Of a stretch of DNA of 64,000 nt, positions 19,553-29,198 are shown one piece after another (the first letter of the stretch is position 1; the number at the start of each line of letters is the position of its first letter). The DNA is from Candidatus Poribacteria bacterium. GTDB taxonomy: Bacteria; Poribacteria; WGA-4E; WGA-3G. The stretch lies in contig CAXXUA010000004.1 in assembly GCA_963663765.2 (NCBI GenBank), forward strand, positions 1,056,001 through 1,120,000, given 5' to 3'. Made by a program: the position numbers and the translations under genes. Under the pieces are notes generated by a model. It saw nothing but the letters and a program-made list of their open reading frames with translations, searched no databases and was not told the origin of the DNA.

Positions 19553-19747
19553 CTATTCAGTTGTTATAGCACGCCAAACCTGATCATATTTCTTATAAAT
19601 GTTTTCAAGTTTTGATTTTTGATCGCTAAGGGCTCCGATTTCAGTCTCAAGATTTTGGTTCTCTGCTTTAATAACCCCCAGCAAACTTACTGTCATCTGT
19701 TCAAGCGTGCCGGTTTTATCATCAAGATTCACGTCGTTGAGGTCCAC
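19553..19747 (-). CDS. Small coiled-coil hypothetical protein
   Basis: 64 aa, GTG start with AAGGAG RBS, downstream of the R-M gene. Confidence 0.45.
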   Translation of the reverse strand: MDLNDVNLDDKTGTLEQMTVSLLGVIKAENQNLETEIGALSDQKSKLENIYKKYDQVWRAITTE

Positions 19748-19798
19748 AGTTATACTCCTTATAGTTCATAGTATATTCAAGTGTCCGTGTTGTATTCA

Positions 19799-22700
19799 TT
19801 AGTTTTCTCCTTCAGGATATAATGCGGGAAAACTGTTGATAATTTTTACCGTCTCAAGACTGACTGTTATAACACGCGCTATTAAGTCCACAATATACTT
19901 GGGGTTTTCCTCACTATTTGGGTCTCTCACAATATAACTTCCTTTACGTTTTTTTGTATCTTTATCCACCTTGATTTCGTACTGATTAACTATCCACTTC
20001 AAGGCGGACCAACTACCTAACTTATAGTCGTGTACTTCAGGGGGGATGCCTTCAATAGTTAAGAAATCGTTGTATTTAATCTGTGTATTATTGTTCTCAA
20101 AGGTCATCTTCTCAACAGACCAATTTAGCTTTGTGTTTGATTTTTCCTTAAGCGTCAATCCTTCGTATTTTGGAACTGACTCATAGTTGACATGGAGAGG
20201 CGCCAACTGCTTACCAGCATCTGCAAATGTCCAAAAGTCTTCAGCAAAAGGGATATGAGGAAGACTATCTTTGAGGTCCTCCCGGTACTTATTACGATAC
20301 TCCTTGTGATGTAACAGTCCATAGATATAGTAGAATATGTCCCACTTGGATATATTATCATCGTCGTACTGGTTTTGGAACTCTGCTAATGCCCAGTCAG
20401 TTATATTTTCACGGCGATTCGTCCCATCTTCACCGTAGGTGTAGAAAGGAAAACATTGGACCTTTTCAAATGCCAAATCTATACTCGGAATCCTATTAGT
20501 AGCAAGACAACCAAAACCTTTTCTATCACCAATACCAGCGACACAAATCACTTGATTTTCCGTTTCTGCTTCAAAAGTCGGAAATATGGAAGGAAACTGT
20601 CCGGGGCTGTCAATCAGAATTTTGTCAAGAAGTAGATTTGTTTTCGTAAAGGGTCTGTAAAGGGATTCCCTTACTTTGTGATTTACATATTCAGTGCTTA
20701 TCCCCCGCCTTAACTTGCTTTTTAAGTCACGACTCCATTTTATTTTGGTAGCATCGTTTAAAACAAAATCATTAACTTTAGGTTTAGGAGGTGCTTGACG
20801 CATATAACGATCCACTTCTGCATTGTAAGTTTCTATCATACGTTCAACATTATCACGCAGTGAGTCTTGATTAAAATTGTAAACCCAGGGATCTCTATTA
20901 GTTGACACACCGAGACTAAAGTTTTTAAAAATTACATCTTCTGCGGTCTTTGCAGTGATTACTTTGTCTGTTTTCACCTCTTTAGTTCCCAATGGAATAA
21001 GGTTATCATAATCTTCTTGGAGTCCTTCAGTGAGCCATCTATGCTTTGCGTCAGGTTGAATCTCTTGCCATGTAACGTTGTCTACATGTTGGTGTTTGTT
21101 AAGAAAATCAAACGTCTGTACCTTGTTCTGTAATTTTGCTTCATCGTTGTAAAAGATACATGGCGAGTCAACTGGTTCACCTGTTTTCACGAGCAGCGCG
21201 ATACTTACACCGACCGTAATGCCGAACACATTGGAGTCAGTTTGTCCTTCTCGCATACCTCCCCCTAAATTCAGTAGATATAGTGCGTTGAATCCTTCTG
21301 CCAAATGTTTGCGCATTCCATCAAACGTCCGTTTCATGATAAAACTGTTGTTCGTAACAAACGCAACGATACCGGTGTCTCCAATTCGTTCTGATGCCCA
21401 GAAAAACGCTCTCACATAAGGGTCATAAAGATATTTACTATATTGTGCATTGGAATCTTTTGAATATGTATCTTTAATCTGTTTGTCAAGGGGTGGATAT
21501 TCACGTTTTTTATTATTTTGGTTTTCATCGTCCTGACCTGCATAATATGGAGGGTTGCCGATAACGACAAACATATCTTTTTCTTCTTGCTGTTTAACCC
21601 GTTTCGTGTTTTCTTCAGAAAGGAGTGTCATCTGTACTTGATCGAACAATTCAAATGTATCTGCAAATGCGATACCATCAAAACGGAGATATTCCCCTAT
21701 AATATCTTTGTATTCTTGCTCAATGTTCAGGTTGGCGATATAGTAGGGTAATAACTCGTTTTCGTTGCAATGCAATTCGTTTTGATATTTTTTCTCTAAT
21801 GCAATTTTAGGGATGTCCTGCATCAGTCGGACGATGAAATTACCCGTGCCGACAAATGGATCTATGATATGAACACCTGTGTCGGAAAGCGAACGCTTAA
21901 ACTCTCTTTGTAGGAGATACTCAACGCTGTTGACCATAAAATCTACTATCGGTTGCGGCGTATAGTAAGTACCTTGTGTAGCTGCTTTTTTTTCACAGTA
22001 CTCTCTAAAAAATGTCTCATAGACGGTGTTGAGAAAGTGTTGTTTTTCTGAGAAGTCTTTACATTGGGTTGCAGCGTTTTCAATGGCAACATAGAACGGG
22101 TCAAGAGGTTTGAGAAAATCGTCACGACTCATCGCTTGTTGCATAAGTGCTGCGCTCACCTTTTCAATCTCAACGGCAATGATATTTCGGTTTGCAAAAT
22201 CCGATAGATTAAAAACTTTTCTGAAAATACGTTCAGTGAGAATATGCTGGATGAGCATCTCTTCAACGGTATCTTGTAAAAGTTTCGGGTCAATTGAGTT
22301 AAGACAGACTTGGTAGAAAGCAGCGAATGCTGCCTTATAGGAGGCATTTGTTTTATGTTGTTCGGTAATAAGTTCTTTCAATTTGTCTGCAAGTGCTGGA
22401 ATCCGATCACTGAATTTTTCAACTGCCTCATACCAATCGCTGAAAGTGGTATCTGAATATGAGAAAAGTCGTTGAAGTGCCTCCACAAGATTTTTGGAGT
22501 CGGTGATGTCTGTGTTTAGCACTTCCTGTTCGTCCTGAAACAATATAGCGCGCTCAGGAGTTTGAAACAGGATATTGTCAAATGGATAACCGTTTTGACG
22601 TTTCTCCTGAATCGCTATCGGGAGATCGTCATCTATGTCTTTCGCTTCCCAGTAAACGATAGGGAGTCCGTATTCATCTATAACCGCTCCGTCAATGAAG

Positions 22701-22900
22701 ATATTGTTTCCTGCTGTGGTGCGCATCGGATATTGTGGGACAAAGGTTGCTTTTACCTTTTTTGCACAAATATCAAGTAAGATAGCAAAAGGGTTACTCA
22801 CTGTGCCTTCGTGTGTAAGGTTATGCTGCTCGTATTGCTCCAATGCTTTGTAATAGTCTTTTATAGACTTGTGTGTGTGTTTAAGATTCAGTTTTTCCAT
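19799..22900 (-). CDS. Single-chain R-M enzyme (Type IIG/ISP-like): PD-(D/E)xK nuclease, N6-adenine MTase and LlaBIII-type specificity domain
   Basis: IDG...WEAKD nuclease motif, YYTPQPIV, IIDPFVGTGNF (motif I), VIGNPPY (motif IV), T.RD.WVYN, LYRPF and YYIYGLLH..YR.KY. No SF2 helicase motifs. Confidence 0.9.
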   Translation of the reverse strand: MEKLNLKHTHKSIKDYYKALEQYEQHNLTHEGTVSNPFAILLDICAKKVKATFVPQYPMRTTAGNNIFIDGAVIDEYGLPIVYWEAKDIDDDLPIAIQEKRQNGYPFDNILFQTPERAILFQDEQEVLNTDITDSKNLVEALQRLFSYSDTTFSDWYEAVEKFSDRIPALADKLKELITEQHKTNASYKAAFAAFYQVCLNSIDPKLLQDTVEEMLIQHILTERIFRKVFNLSDFANRNIIAVEIEKVSAALMQQAMSRDDFLKPLDPFYVAIENAATQCKDFSEKQHFLNTVYETFFREYCEKKAATQGTYYTPQPIVDFMVNSVEYLLQREFKRSLSDTGVHIIDPFVGTGNFIVRLMQDIPKIALEKKYQNELHCNENELLPYYIANLNIEQEYKDIIGEYLRFDGIAFADTFELFDQVQMTLLSEENTKRVKQQEEKDMFVVIGNPPYYAGQDDENQNNKKREYPPLDKQIKDTYSKDSNAQYSKYLYDPYVRAFFWASERIGDTGIVAFVTNNSFIMKRTFDGMRKHLAEGFNALYLLNLGGGMREGQTDSNVFGITVGVSIALLVKTGEPVDSPCIFYNDEAKLQNKVQTFDFLNKHQHVDNVTWQEIQPDAKHRWLTEGLQEDYDNLIPLGTKEVKTDKVITAKTAEDVIFKNFSLGVSTNRDPWVYNFNQDSLRDNVERMIETYNAEVDRYMRQAPPKPKVNDFVLNDATKIKWSRDLKSKLRRGISTEYVNHKVRESLYRPFTKTNLLLDKILIDSPGQFPSIFPTFEAETENQVICVAGIGDRKGFGCLATNRIPSIDLAFEKVQCFPFYTYGEDGTNRRENITDWALAEFQNQYDDDNISKWDIFYYIYGLLHHKEYRNKYREDLKDSLPHIPFAEDFWTFADAGKQLAPLHVNYESVPKYEGLTLKEKSNTKLNWSVEKMTFENNNTQIKYNDFLTIEGIPPEVHDYKLGSWSALKWIVNQYEIKVDKDTKKRKGSYIVRDPNSEENPKYIVDLIARVITVSLETVKIINSFPALYPEGEN

Positions 22901-22916
22901 AAGGTTACCATTGGTG

Positions 22917-23720
22917 TTAAGTTAATTCTGATTGATTACAAGAGTCAACGATGCGAAGTAGATGACTCGCGAAGATTATCACTTCAGCTGCTTCTTCACC
23001 GGAAATTTCAACTTCTCGGTGGCTACCGGGATTTTTATAGGACCCAATCGCACCAGCAAACAGATCTGAGCGCGCTTGCTTTTCAGCTTGCTGTTGATTT
23101 TGGTCAGTCAGATTACCATTGTCAACATTAAACGCCTTACGCATTAAAGCAACTCCTATATCTGTATCGTTATAGTTTCCTGCTTTACGGACAGCGATTT
23201 CAACTTGTTTGAATGCTTCCAACACGGCTGTATCATAAGACCCTTGTAAGAAAAGAGACCAAACTTTTTGTACGATTATAGGATGAAGTCGCCCTTTAGG
23301 TAGGAGTTCTACCTTGCGATAAGTTTCTAAATCTTCAGATGTCCCGACCCTTTGTCCGCGTCTAGTAACAAAGTATGTAGTACTTGTACCCGCAGAACTA
23401 ATGTTTGACAAGCTTGTTGGACTTGGTGCGACAAAACCTTCTCGCTGCAACCACTGCCAAGCTTCCATGAGTGCATAGAGGACCTTGTCATGACATTCTG
23501 GTGGATAATTTAGGTTCAGTTCTTTTTTCTTGGAATCTGACATGCGATTCAAATCACTTGACATAGCTTGATATGAGATAATGCCTTCCGGTCTGATAGA
23601 TTGGGTGCCCTTTAGAGATAGTAAAGACAATAGAAGCGGTCCGGCGAGTTCTTCTGGTTCAAGGCTTAATAAATGCTCTGCATTTGGAAGTAGTTCAAAT
23701 AGTTTATAGAAGATTGGCAT
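22917..23720 (-). CDS. TIGR02391-family protein
   Basis: LHPII...F..GSYDTAVLEAFKQVEIAVR...GVALMRKAF...LFAGAIGSYKNPGSH. Confidence 0.85.
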   Translation of the reverse strand: MPIFYKLFELLPNAEHLLSLEPEELAGPLLLSLLSLKGTQSIRPEGIISYQAMSSDLNRMSDSKKKELNLNYPPECHDKVLYALMEAWQWLQREGFVAPSPTSLSNISSAGTSTTYFVTRRGQRVGTSEDLETYRKVELLPKGRLHPIIVQKVWSLFLQGSYDTAVLEAFKQVEIAVRKAGNYNDTDIGVALMRKAFNVDNGNLTDQNQQQAEKQARSDLFAGAIGSYKNPGSHREVEISGEEAAEVIIFASHLLRIVDSCNQSELT

Positions 23721-23929
23721 GAATTGTTATCCTGTTTAGAAATATAGTGTCTTTGTGGGTTTCCTGTGCTGCACACGATAAACATTTGCTGCAGACAGAA
23801 TCTTTATATGACTCTTCGTTTCCAAATGGTAAAGGCATTTGTGTTGCTTGTGACAAATCTATTTATCGCTTTCTTGCATAGGCAATGTAACATAATTTGT
23901 TTAAAATGAATGCTTCGTATTTATACGGG

Positions 23930-23958
23930 ATTATACTACAACATTTCTATGAAGTCAA
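23930..23958 (-). promoter_or_regulatory. Sigma70-like promoter for the TIGR02391/R-M unit
   Basis: Reverse strand TTGACT-17 bp-TATAAT. Confidence 0.6.
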
Positions 23959-23976
23959 TCAGATACTTTCTGGATT

Positions 23977-24097
23977 CAGGGTTATTCAGTTTTCCTAATT
24001 CTTGGATTTTTCCAAAAAGAACCCCGCGGTAGGAGCGACCTCCCGGTCGCGATTATCTCACAAAAATGTGAAAAATGGTTAAAACTGAATAACCCTA
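23977..24097. mobile_element. CAGGG-ended (ISAs1-like) MITE with a REP
   Basis: TIR CAGGGTTATTCAGTTTT / AAAACTGAATAACCCTA. Perfect 9-bp TSD TTCTGGATT. Internal GTAGGAGCGACCTCCCGGTCGC. Confidence 0.85.
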
Positions 24098-24243
24098 TTC
24101 TGGATTCAATTATTCAATTCAATTACTAATTTCACCATTCAAACAAAAATGTACATCTAATTTGACTGAAATAATGATATAATAATCTTTAGAAATTATA
24201 TTTGAGAAATTTTTAACCGCACCCAACAAGGAGAAAATCAACT

Positions 24244-25341
24244 ATGGCTCAAGAAAACAATCAAGATTATTATATATACATCGGCACTTATACACGCGGA
24301 GATAGTGAAGGCATCTATGTCTATCGTTTAGATAATGACACTGGCGCATTAGAATATTCCAGTAAGATAACAGGTGTTGAAAACCCTTCGTTTCTGGACA
24401 TTCACCCAACGGGACGTTATCTATTCGCTGTCAATGAAATCGGGCAATATGAAGGCAAAGCAAGCGGTGCTGTCACAGCATTTTTCATTCATCAAAGCAC
24501 TGGTGAGATTAGTTACCTAAACCAACGTGCGACCGGGGGTGGCGCACCATGCCATGTTAGCGTTGACGCAACAAGGAAGTATCTTCTTGTCGCAAATTAC
24601 GGAGGCGGAAACGTAGCAGCATTTCCAATCGGAAAAGATGGAAGACTGGGTGAAGCATCTGATTTCGTTCAGCACCAAGGGTCCAGTGTCAACCCAAGAA
24701 GGCAATCAGAACCCCATGCACATGCAATCATGATAGATCCAGACAACCGTTTTGCATTCTCACCTGACCTCGGACTTGACAAAATACTCATCTACCAACT
24801 GGACTTAGAAAATGGAAAACTCGTCCCTAACACACAACCATGGGTAAGAGTTCACCCAGGTGCAGGTCCACGACATCTTGATTTCCATCCAAACAGGAAA
24901 TTCGCCTATGTCATAAACGAATTGGATTCTACTTTCACAGCATTTCAGTATGACGCAAGTGCGGGAACCCTTACTGAAATACAAACAATTTCCACTCTTC
25001 CAGAAGACTTTGATGGAACAAGTCACTGTGCTGATGTTCACGTCCATCCTTCAGGCAAGTTCCTTTACGGATCCAACCGCGGACATGACAGCATCGTTAT
25101 CTGTGCAATTGACCAACAAACTGGCATGCTCAGCTACATCGATTGCGAATCAACGCAGGGACAATCACCACGCAACTTCGGACTAAATCCTGATGGCACA
25201 CTCCTCTTAGCAGCAAATCAGCAAACGAACAACATCGTTACATTCTCTGTTGATACAGACACAGGTAAATTAACACCAACTGGAAGCGTTACGGAAGTAC
25301 CAACACCAGTCTGTTTAAAAATGCTTGCCTGCAGTGTATAA
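24244..25341 (+). CDS. pgl: 6-phosphogluconolactonase (lactonase beta-propeller)
   Basis: YIGTYT, NPSFL, GAPCHV, ANYGGG, RQSEPHAH, GAGPRH, YGSNRGHDSI and PRNF. Confidence 0.9.
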   Translation: MAQENNQDYYIYIGTYTRGDSEGIYVYRLDNDTGALEYSSKITGVENPSFLDIHPTGRYLFAVNEIGQYEGKASGAVTAFFIHQSTGEISYLNQRATGGGAPCHVSVDATRKYLLVANYGGGNVAAFPIGKDGRLGEASDFVQHQGSSVNPRRQSEPHAHAIMIDPDNRFAFSPDLGLDKILIYQLDLENGKLVPNTQPWVRVHPGAGPRHLDFHPNRKFAYVINELDSTFTAFQYDASAGTLTEIQTISTLPEDFDGTSHCADVHVHPSGKFLYGSNRGHDSIVICAIDQQTGMLSYIDCESTQGQSPRNFGLNPDGTLLLAANQQTNNIVTFSVDTDTGKLTPTGSVTEVPTPVCLKMLACSV

Positions 25342-25415
25342 CTGAAAATATATGTAGATTTTAGTATAGTTTGGTCACTTCCCATCTCGTAATCGTAGGG
25401 AAGAGGTCACCTCGT

Positions 25416-25629
25416 CCCATAGGCGTCAATTTAAGGGTTTTGACCTCTTGTGGGAGGGGTTTTCAACCCCGACAGAAGCCAAACGCGCTTCTGACGTTGA
25501 TTTGGATTTTATGTGCATTTGCTCTCAAATCGGGGTTGAAAACCCGCCAAATGCCATACGCACATTTGGCGTTGTTTCACTCCAACAAGAGAAATGCCAA
25601 CACTTTTTTCTTAAATTGACGCTTATGGG
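25416..25629. mobile_element. CCCATAGG-ended MITE inserted in a REP with a 15-bp TSD
   Basis: TIR CCCATAGGCGTCAATTTAAG / CTTAAATTGACGCTTATGGG. AAGAGGTCACCTCGT duplicated at 25401-25415 and 25630-25644. Confidence 0.85.
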
Positions 25630-25650
25630 AAGAGGTCACCTCGTCACTAT

Positions 25651-25775
25651 TATAGTGAAATCCATAAATATGTTGACACTCCCTGGTAGGTGCGGTTTCT
25701 AACCGCACGATTTATACAGGTTCGGTTAGGAAACCGAACTACCGTCGTGTATAAGTAATTATGGATTTTACTATA
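25651..25775. mobile_element. TATAGT-ended MITE (TA-target, IS630-like) with a REP doublet
   Basis: TATAGTGAAATCCATAA / TTATGGATTTTACTATA enclosing GGTAGGTGCGGTTTCTAACCGCAC..GGTTCGGTTAGGAAACCGAACTACC. Confidence 0.75.
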
Positions 25776-25779
25776 ATTG

Positions 25780-26212
25780 GGTAATAAAACATTTCCCCAA
25801 CGGTAGGCGCGCTTTGTAAGCGCGCTGTTGCGACTTGATGTGCCAGCGCGCTTACAAAGCGCGCCTACCAGGGAGGTAGATAAAATTACCTGATTTATTT
25901 ATTAATCTTCATAACCCAATCCCTACGCGTTCAACTACCGATTTTGATTGTCAAAGTTCATTAGGTGTCAACTTAAGGAATTTATTCTCTTGTGGGAGGG
26001 GTTTTCAACCCCGACAGAAGCCAAACGCGCTTCTGACGTTGATTTGGATTTTATGTTCATTTCCACTCAAATCGGGGTTGCAAACCCGCCAAATGCCATA
26101 CGCGCATTTGGCGTTGATTCACTCCCACAAGAGAATATGCCAACACTTTTTTCTTAAGTTGACACCTATGGGGCGGGGAGACCCCGCCCCTACGATTTAG
26201 GTTAATTTGGTA
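25780..26212. repeat. Cluster of further REP-bearing MITE relics
   Basis: REP doublet GGTAGGCGCGCTTTGTAAGCGCGC..GCGCGCTTACAAAGCGCGCCTACC ending TTAATCTTCATA, a second GTGTCAACTTAAG MITE, and a TTAATTTGGTA end like that at 7198. Confidence 0.7.
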
Positions 26213-26713
26213 TTACTCCTTTGACGCATCCGCTAACACTTTCTGTATCTGTTCAATCTCCATACCAAGTTCCGCGTGAAGTGCTTTCACCCGTTGAAAC
26301 CGGTCCATAAGTCCAGATATCCCCGATGCATAAACTGCTTGTTCTACACCAATATTACGTTGAGGAGCAGCTTTTTTTCTGGTATCAGATTTTGATTGAG
26401 TCTTATCCGCTTCGGTTTCTTTCACCCATCCTGAAACACACTTTTTCATACTGAAAGTGTCCTCAATACCATCAGCACGCACAATACAGAACGCACGTGC
26501 ACCCACTTGTGGATGAAGTCCAACCTTAAAATGTTTAACTTCCTGTCCATCCAATTTCTCATCAGCCTCTGGATGGTATAAAAAGAGTTCATGCATTATT
26601 TCACCATCTGTTCCCGATATTGGTTCATCCAAAGGGGTATCAGTTAACAAGTGGTGAACATGCTGTCGTACATCCGCAATTGAAGCGAATGTTTGACCAC
26701 CTATTTCAAACAT
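26213..26713 (-). CDS. DUF3223/DCL-domain protein with a C-terminal coiled coil
   Basis: LFLYHPEADEKL..EVKHFKVGLHP..GARAFCIVRADGIEDTFSMKKCV fits the DCL pattern HP...K.G.....V..HP...RCF..R.DG...DFSY.KC. Confidence 0.75.
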   Translation of the reverse strand: MFEIGGQTFASIADVRQHVHHLLTDTPLDEPISGTDGEIMHELFLYHPEADEKLDGQEVKHFKVGLHPQVGARAFCIVRADGIEDTFSMKKCVSGWVKETEADKTQSKSDTRKKAAPQRNIGVEQAVYASGISGLMDRFQRVKALHAELGMEIEQIQKVLADASKE

Positions 26714-26900
26714 CGTTTCTCTCCTATTTCATTTTATGATCTTACAATCCTTTTTGGCTTACATACTCTGTGTTACTATAAGTGTTAATCTGAACATAGA
26801 CATTCTTGTAGGAGGGTTTTCAGTTCCAATATAACAACTTTACACTAAAAAAATTGGTTTACAATATGACCCTCCCACAAGAGAATACTCAAAATTCAAT

Positions 26901-27524
26901 TATAGTGGATTTTAAAATAAATTTACACTTTCAGGTGTAGGAGGGAACTCCGATTCCCGACTATCAAGACCGTCAGTCGCGATTCGGAGATCGCTCCTAC
27001 AGAAAACTTGTAAAAATAATTGTATATTTCACTATATAATAAATTTACACTTTCAGGTGTAGGAGGGAACTCCAATTCCCGACTATCAAGGTGTTCAGTC
27101 GCGATTCGGAGATCGCTCCTACAGAAAACGTGTAAAAATAATTGTATATTTCACTAAAAAATAAATTTACTCTTTCAGGTGTAGGAGGGAACTCCGATTC
27201 CCGACTATCAAGGTGTTCAGTCGCGATTCGGAGATCGCTCCTACAGAAAACGTGTAAAAATAATTGTATATTTCACTAAAAAATAAATTTACTCTTTCAG
27301 GTGTAGGAGGGAACTCCGATTCCCGACTATCAAGGTGTTCAGTCGCGATTCGGAGATCGCTCCTACAGAAAACGTGTAAAAATAATTGTATATTTCACTA
27401 AAAAATAAATTTACTCTTTCAGGTGTAGGAGGGAACTCCGATTCCCGACTATCAAGGTGTTCAGTCGCGATTCGGAGATCGCTCCTACAGAAAACGTGTA
27501 AAAATAATTGTATATTTCACTATA
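26901..27524. repeat. 122-bp tandem repeat x5 of a TATAGT-MITE carrying a REP doublet
   Basis: GTAGGAGGGAACTCCGATTCCCGACT...AGTCGCGATTCGGAGATCGCTCCTAC starts at 26937, 27059, 27181, 27303 and 27425. Confidence 0.95.
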
Positions 27525-27539
27525 TAAACCATAACCTGC

Positions 27540-29144
27540 TCACCTTCGTTGGCGACGTTTACGTCGATGTTCTCTAAGTTTGTCCCACGGATAGATGAAA
27601 CAGCGATTAGCCCAATCTTGATACAGTTCATCCAACGCCTTCACCTTTTGCGGATGTTTGTCAGCGATATTGTCTATCTCTGACCGCTCTGCTTCCAGAT
27701 CGTAGAGTTCCCAATCACCAGGAAATCTACAGACAAGTTTCATATCCCCTTGACGCACAGCACAGTTCCCTTCGTGTTCCCAATACAGGATCTCTTTACC
27801 GTTATCCTTATCATCAAAAATCGGAACTAAGCTTGTTCCTTCTAACGGCAAAATCGGTTTGCCATCATGTTCTTCGGGATAGGACGCACCAGAAATCTCT
27901 AAACATGTCGGCATAATATCCGTAAGTTGTCCGGGTTGATGCCGTAATTCACCGGTGGATTTTATTCCTTCAGGCCAATGTGCAATCAGCGGTGTAGAAA
28001 TGCCACCCTCATGCACCCAGTGTTTGTAAAGACGGAACGGCGTATTAGATAGATTTGCCCACGGAACACCATAACTCTGATATGTCGTCTCAGGTCCGGG
28101 CATAATACTCGGATCGTTACCACGATACACAGGTTTGCCATCAGATGTTGTTTGCGTACTAATGTGTGTGTCTCTATCGCGTTTCGCTCGCTGACCACCG
28201 AGTTCTTCTGCACAGCCACCATTGTCGGCTAAAAATAGAATGAGTGTGTTTTCGTATTCTCCTGTCTCTTTCAACGTATCAATGATACGTCCGATTCCAG
28301 CATCCATACGTGTAATTTGTGCAGCATAAACCTCCATCCGACGTTGGTTCCACTCCTTATATTGCGCTTCAGTCCACGGACGTTGTGATCTATCCCGATC
28401 TGTCAATCGCCACGCTTCATCCAACAATTTCATCTCACGCATCCGCGACAACCGCTCTTCTCGAAGTTCATCCCATCCCGCTGCGAAACGTCCGTTGTAC
28501 TTCGCAATGTCCTCTTCGTGCGCATGAAGTGGCCAGTGTGGCGCAGTATACGCAACATAAGTAAAGAACGGACTCTCAGTTTTTCTAAAATGATGATCAT
28601 GGATGTACTTCACCGCTTCATCGCTGACAGCATCGGTGAAGAAATAACCTTCAGGAAGGTCGTCACTATCAAGCCGTGTGTTATTCCGTGTAAGCGTCTT
28701 CGGTTTCCAGAAATGAGCTGCCCCAGAGATAATGCCATAGTATTCGTCAAAACCACGTTGACATGGCCAACTGTGCTTAGGACCATCTGCACCAATGTGA
28801 CGCGATATATGCCATTTACCACTCATATATGTGCTATATCCTTCTGAACGTACCGCATCTGCGATCGTAATACAGCGGTCATGCAGGTCACCACGATAGC
28901 CTTCCAATCCATCGTCATTCATCATGTGTCCCACACCTGTTTGGTGCGCATGAAGTCCCGTAAGCATAGAAGCACGTGATGGACAACACCGCGCAGTGTT
29001 ATAAAACTGCGTGAACCGAAGACCATCAGAAGCAAGTCCATCAAGATTTGGGGTCTGAACTTCTCCACCATAACACCCCAAATCTGAAAAACCCATATCA
29101 TCATTTAGGATAAGAACTATATTTGGTTTTTTGTTCTCTGACAT
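27540..29144 (-). CDS. Arylsulfatase (Cys-type), copy 2
   Basis: KPNIVLILNDDMG, CCPSRASMLTG (CxPxR), GKWH, APHWP and ADNG. Confidence 0.95.
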   Translation of the reverse strand: MSENKKPNIVLILNDDMGFSDLGCYGGEVQTPNLDGLASDGLRFTQFYNTARCCPSRASMLTGLHAHQTGVGHMMNDDGLEGYRGDLHDRCITIADAVRSEGYSTYMSGKWHISRHIGADGPKHSWPCQRGFDEYYGIISGAAHFWKPKTLTRNNTRLDSDDLPEGYFFTDAVSDEAVKYIHDHHFRKTESPFFTYVAYTAPHWPLHAHEEDIAKYNGRFAAGWDELREERLSRMREMKLLDEAWRLTDRDRSQRPWTEAQYKEWNQRRMEVYAAQITRMDAGIGRIIDTLKETGEYENTLILFLADNGGCAEELGGQRAKRDRDTHISTQTTSDGKPVYRGNDPSIMPGPETTYQSYGVPWANLSNTPFRLYKHWVHEGGISTPLIAHWPEGIKSTGELRHQPGQLTDIMPTCLEISGASYPEEHDGKPILPLEGTSLVPIFDDKDNGKEILYWEHEGNCAVRQGDMKLVCRFPGDWELYDLEAERSEIDNIADKHPQKVKALDELYQDWANRCFIYPWDKLREHRRKRRQRR

Positions 29145-29198
29145 AATATACTCCTTTTGTGGTTTATTTCACACGAAATAATATTGTTTTTCCGACAA

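Noticed and set aside
11193-22900. Diversity-generating retroelement or shufflon explanation for the repeated R-M tails
   Set aside because: No reverse transcriptase or invertase is in the window, the differences are not adenine-specific, and all fragments are in direct orientation.
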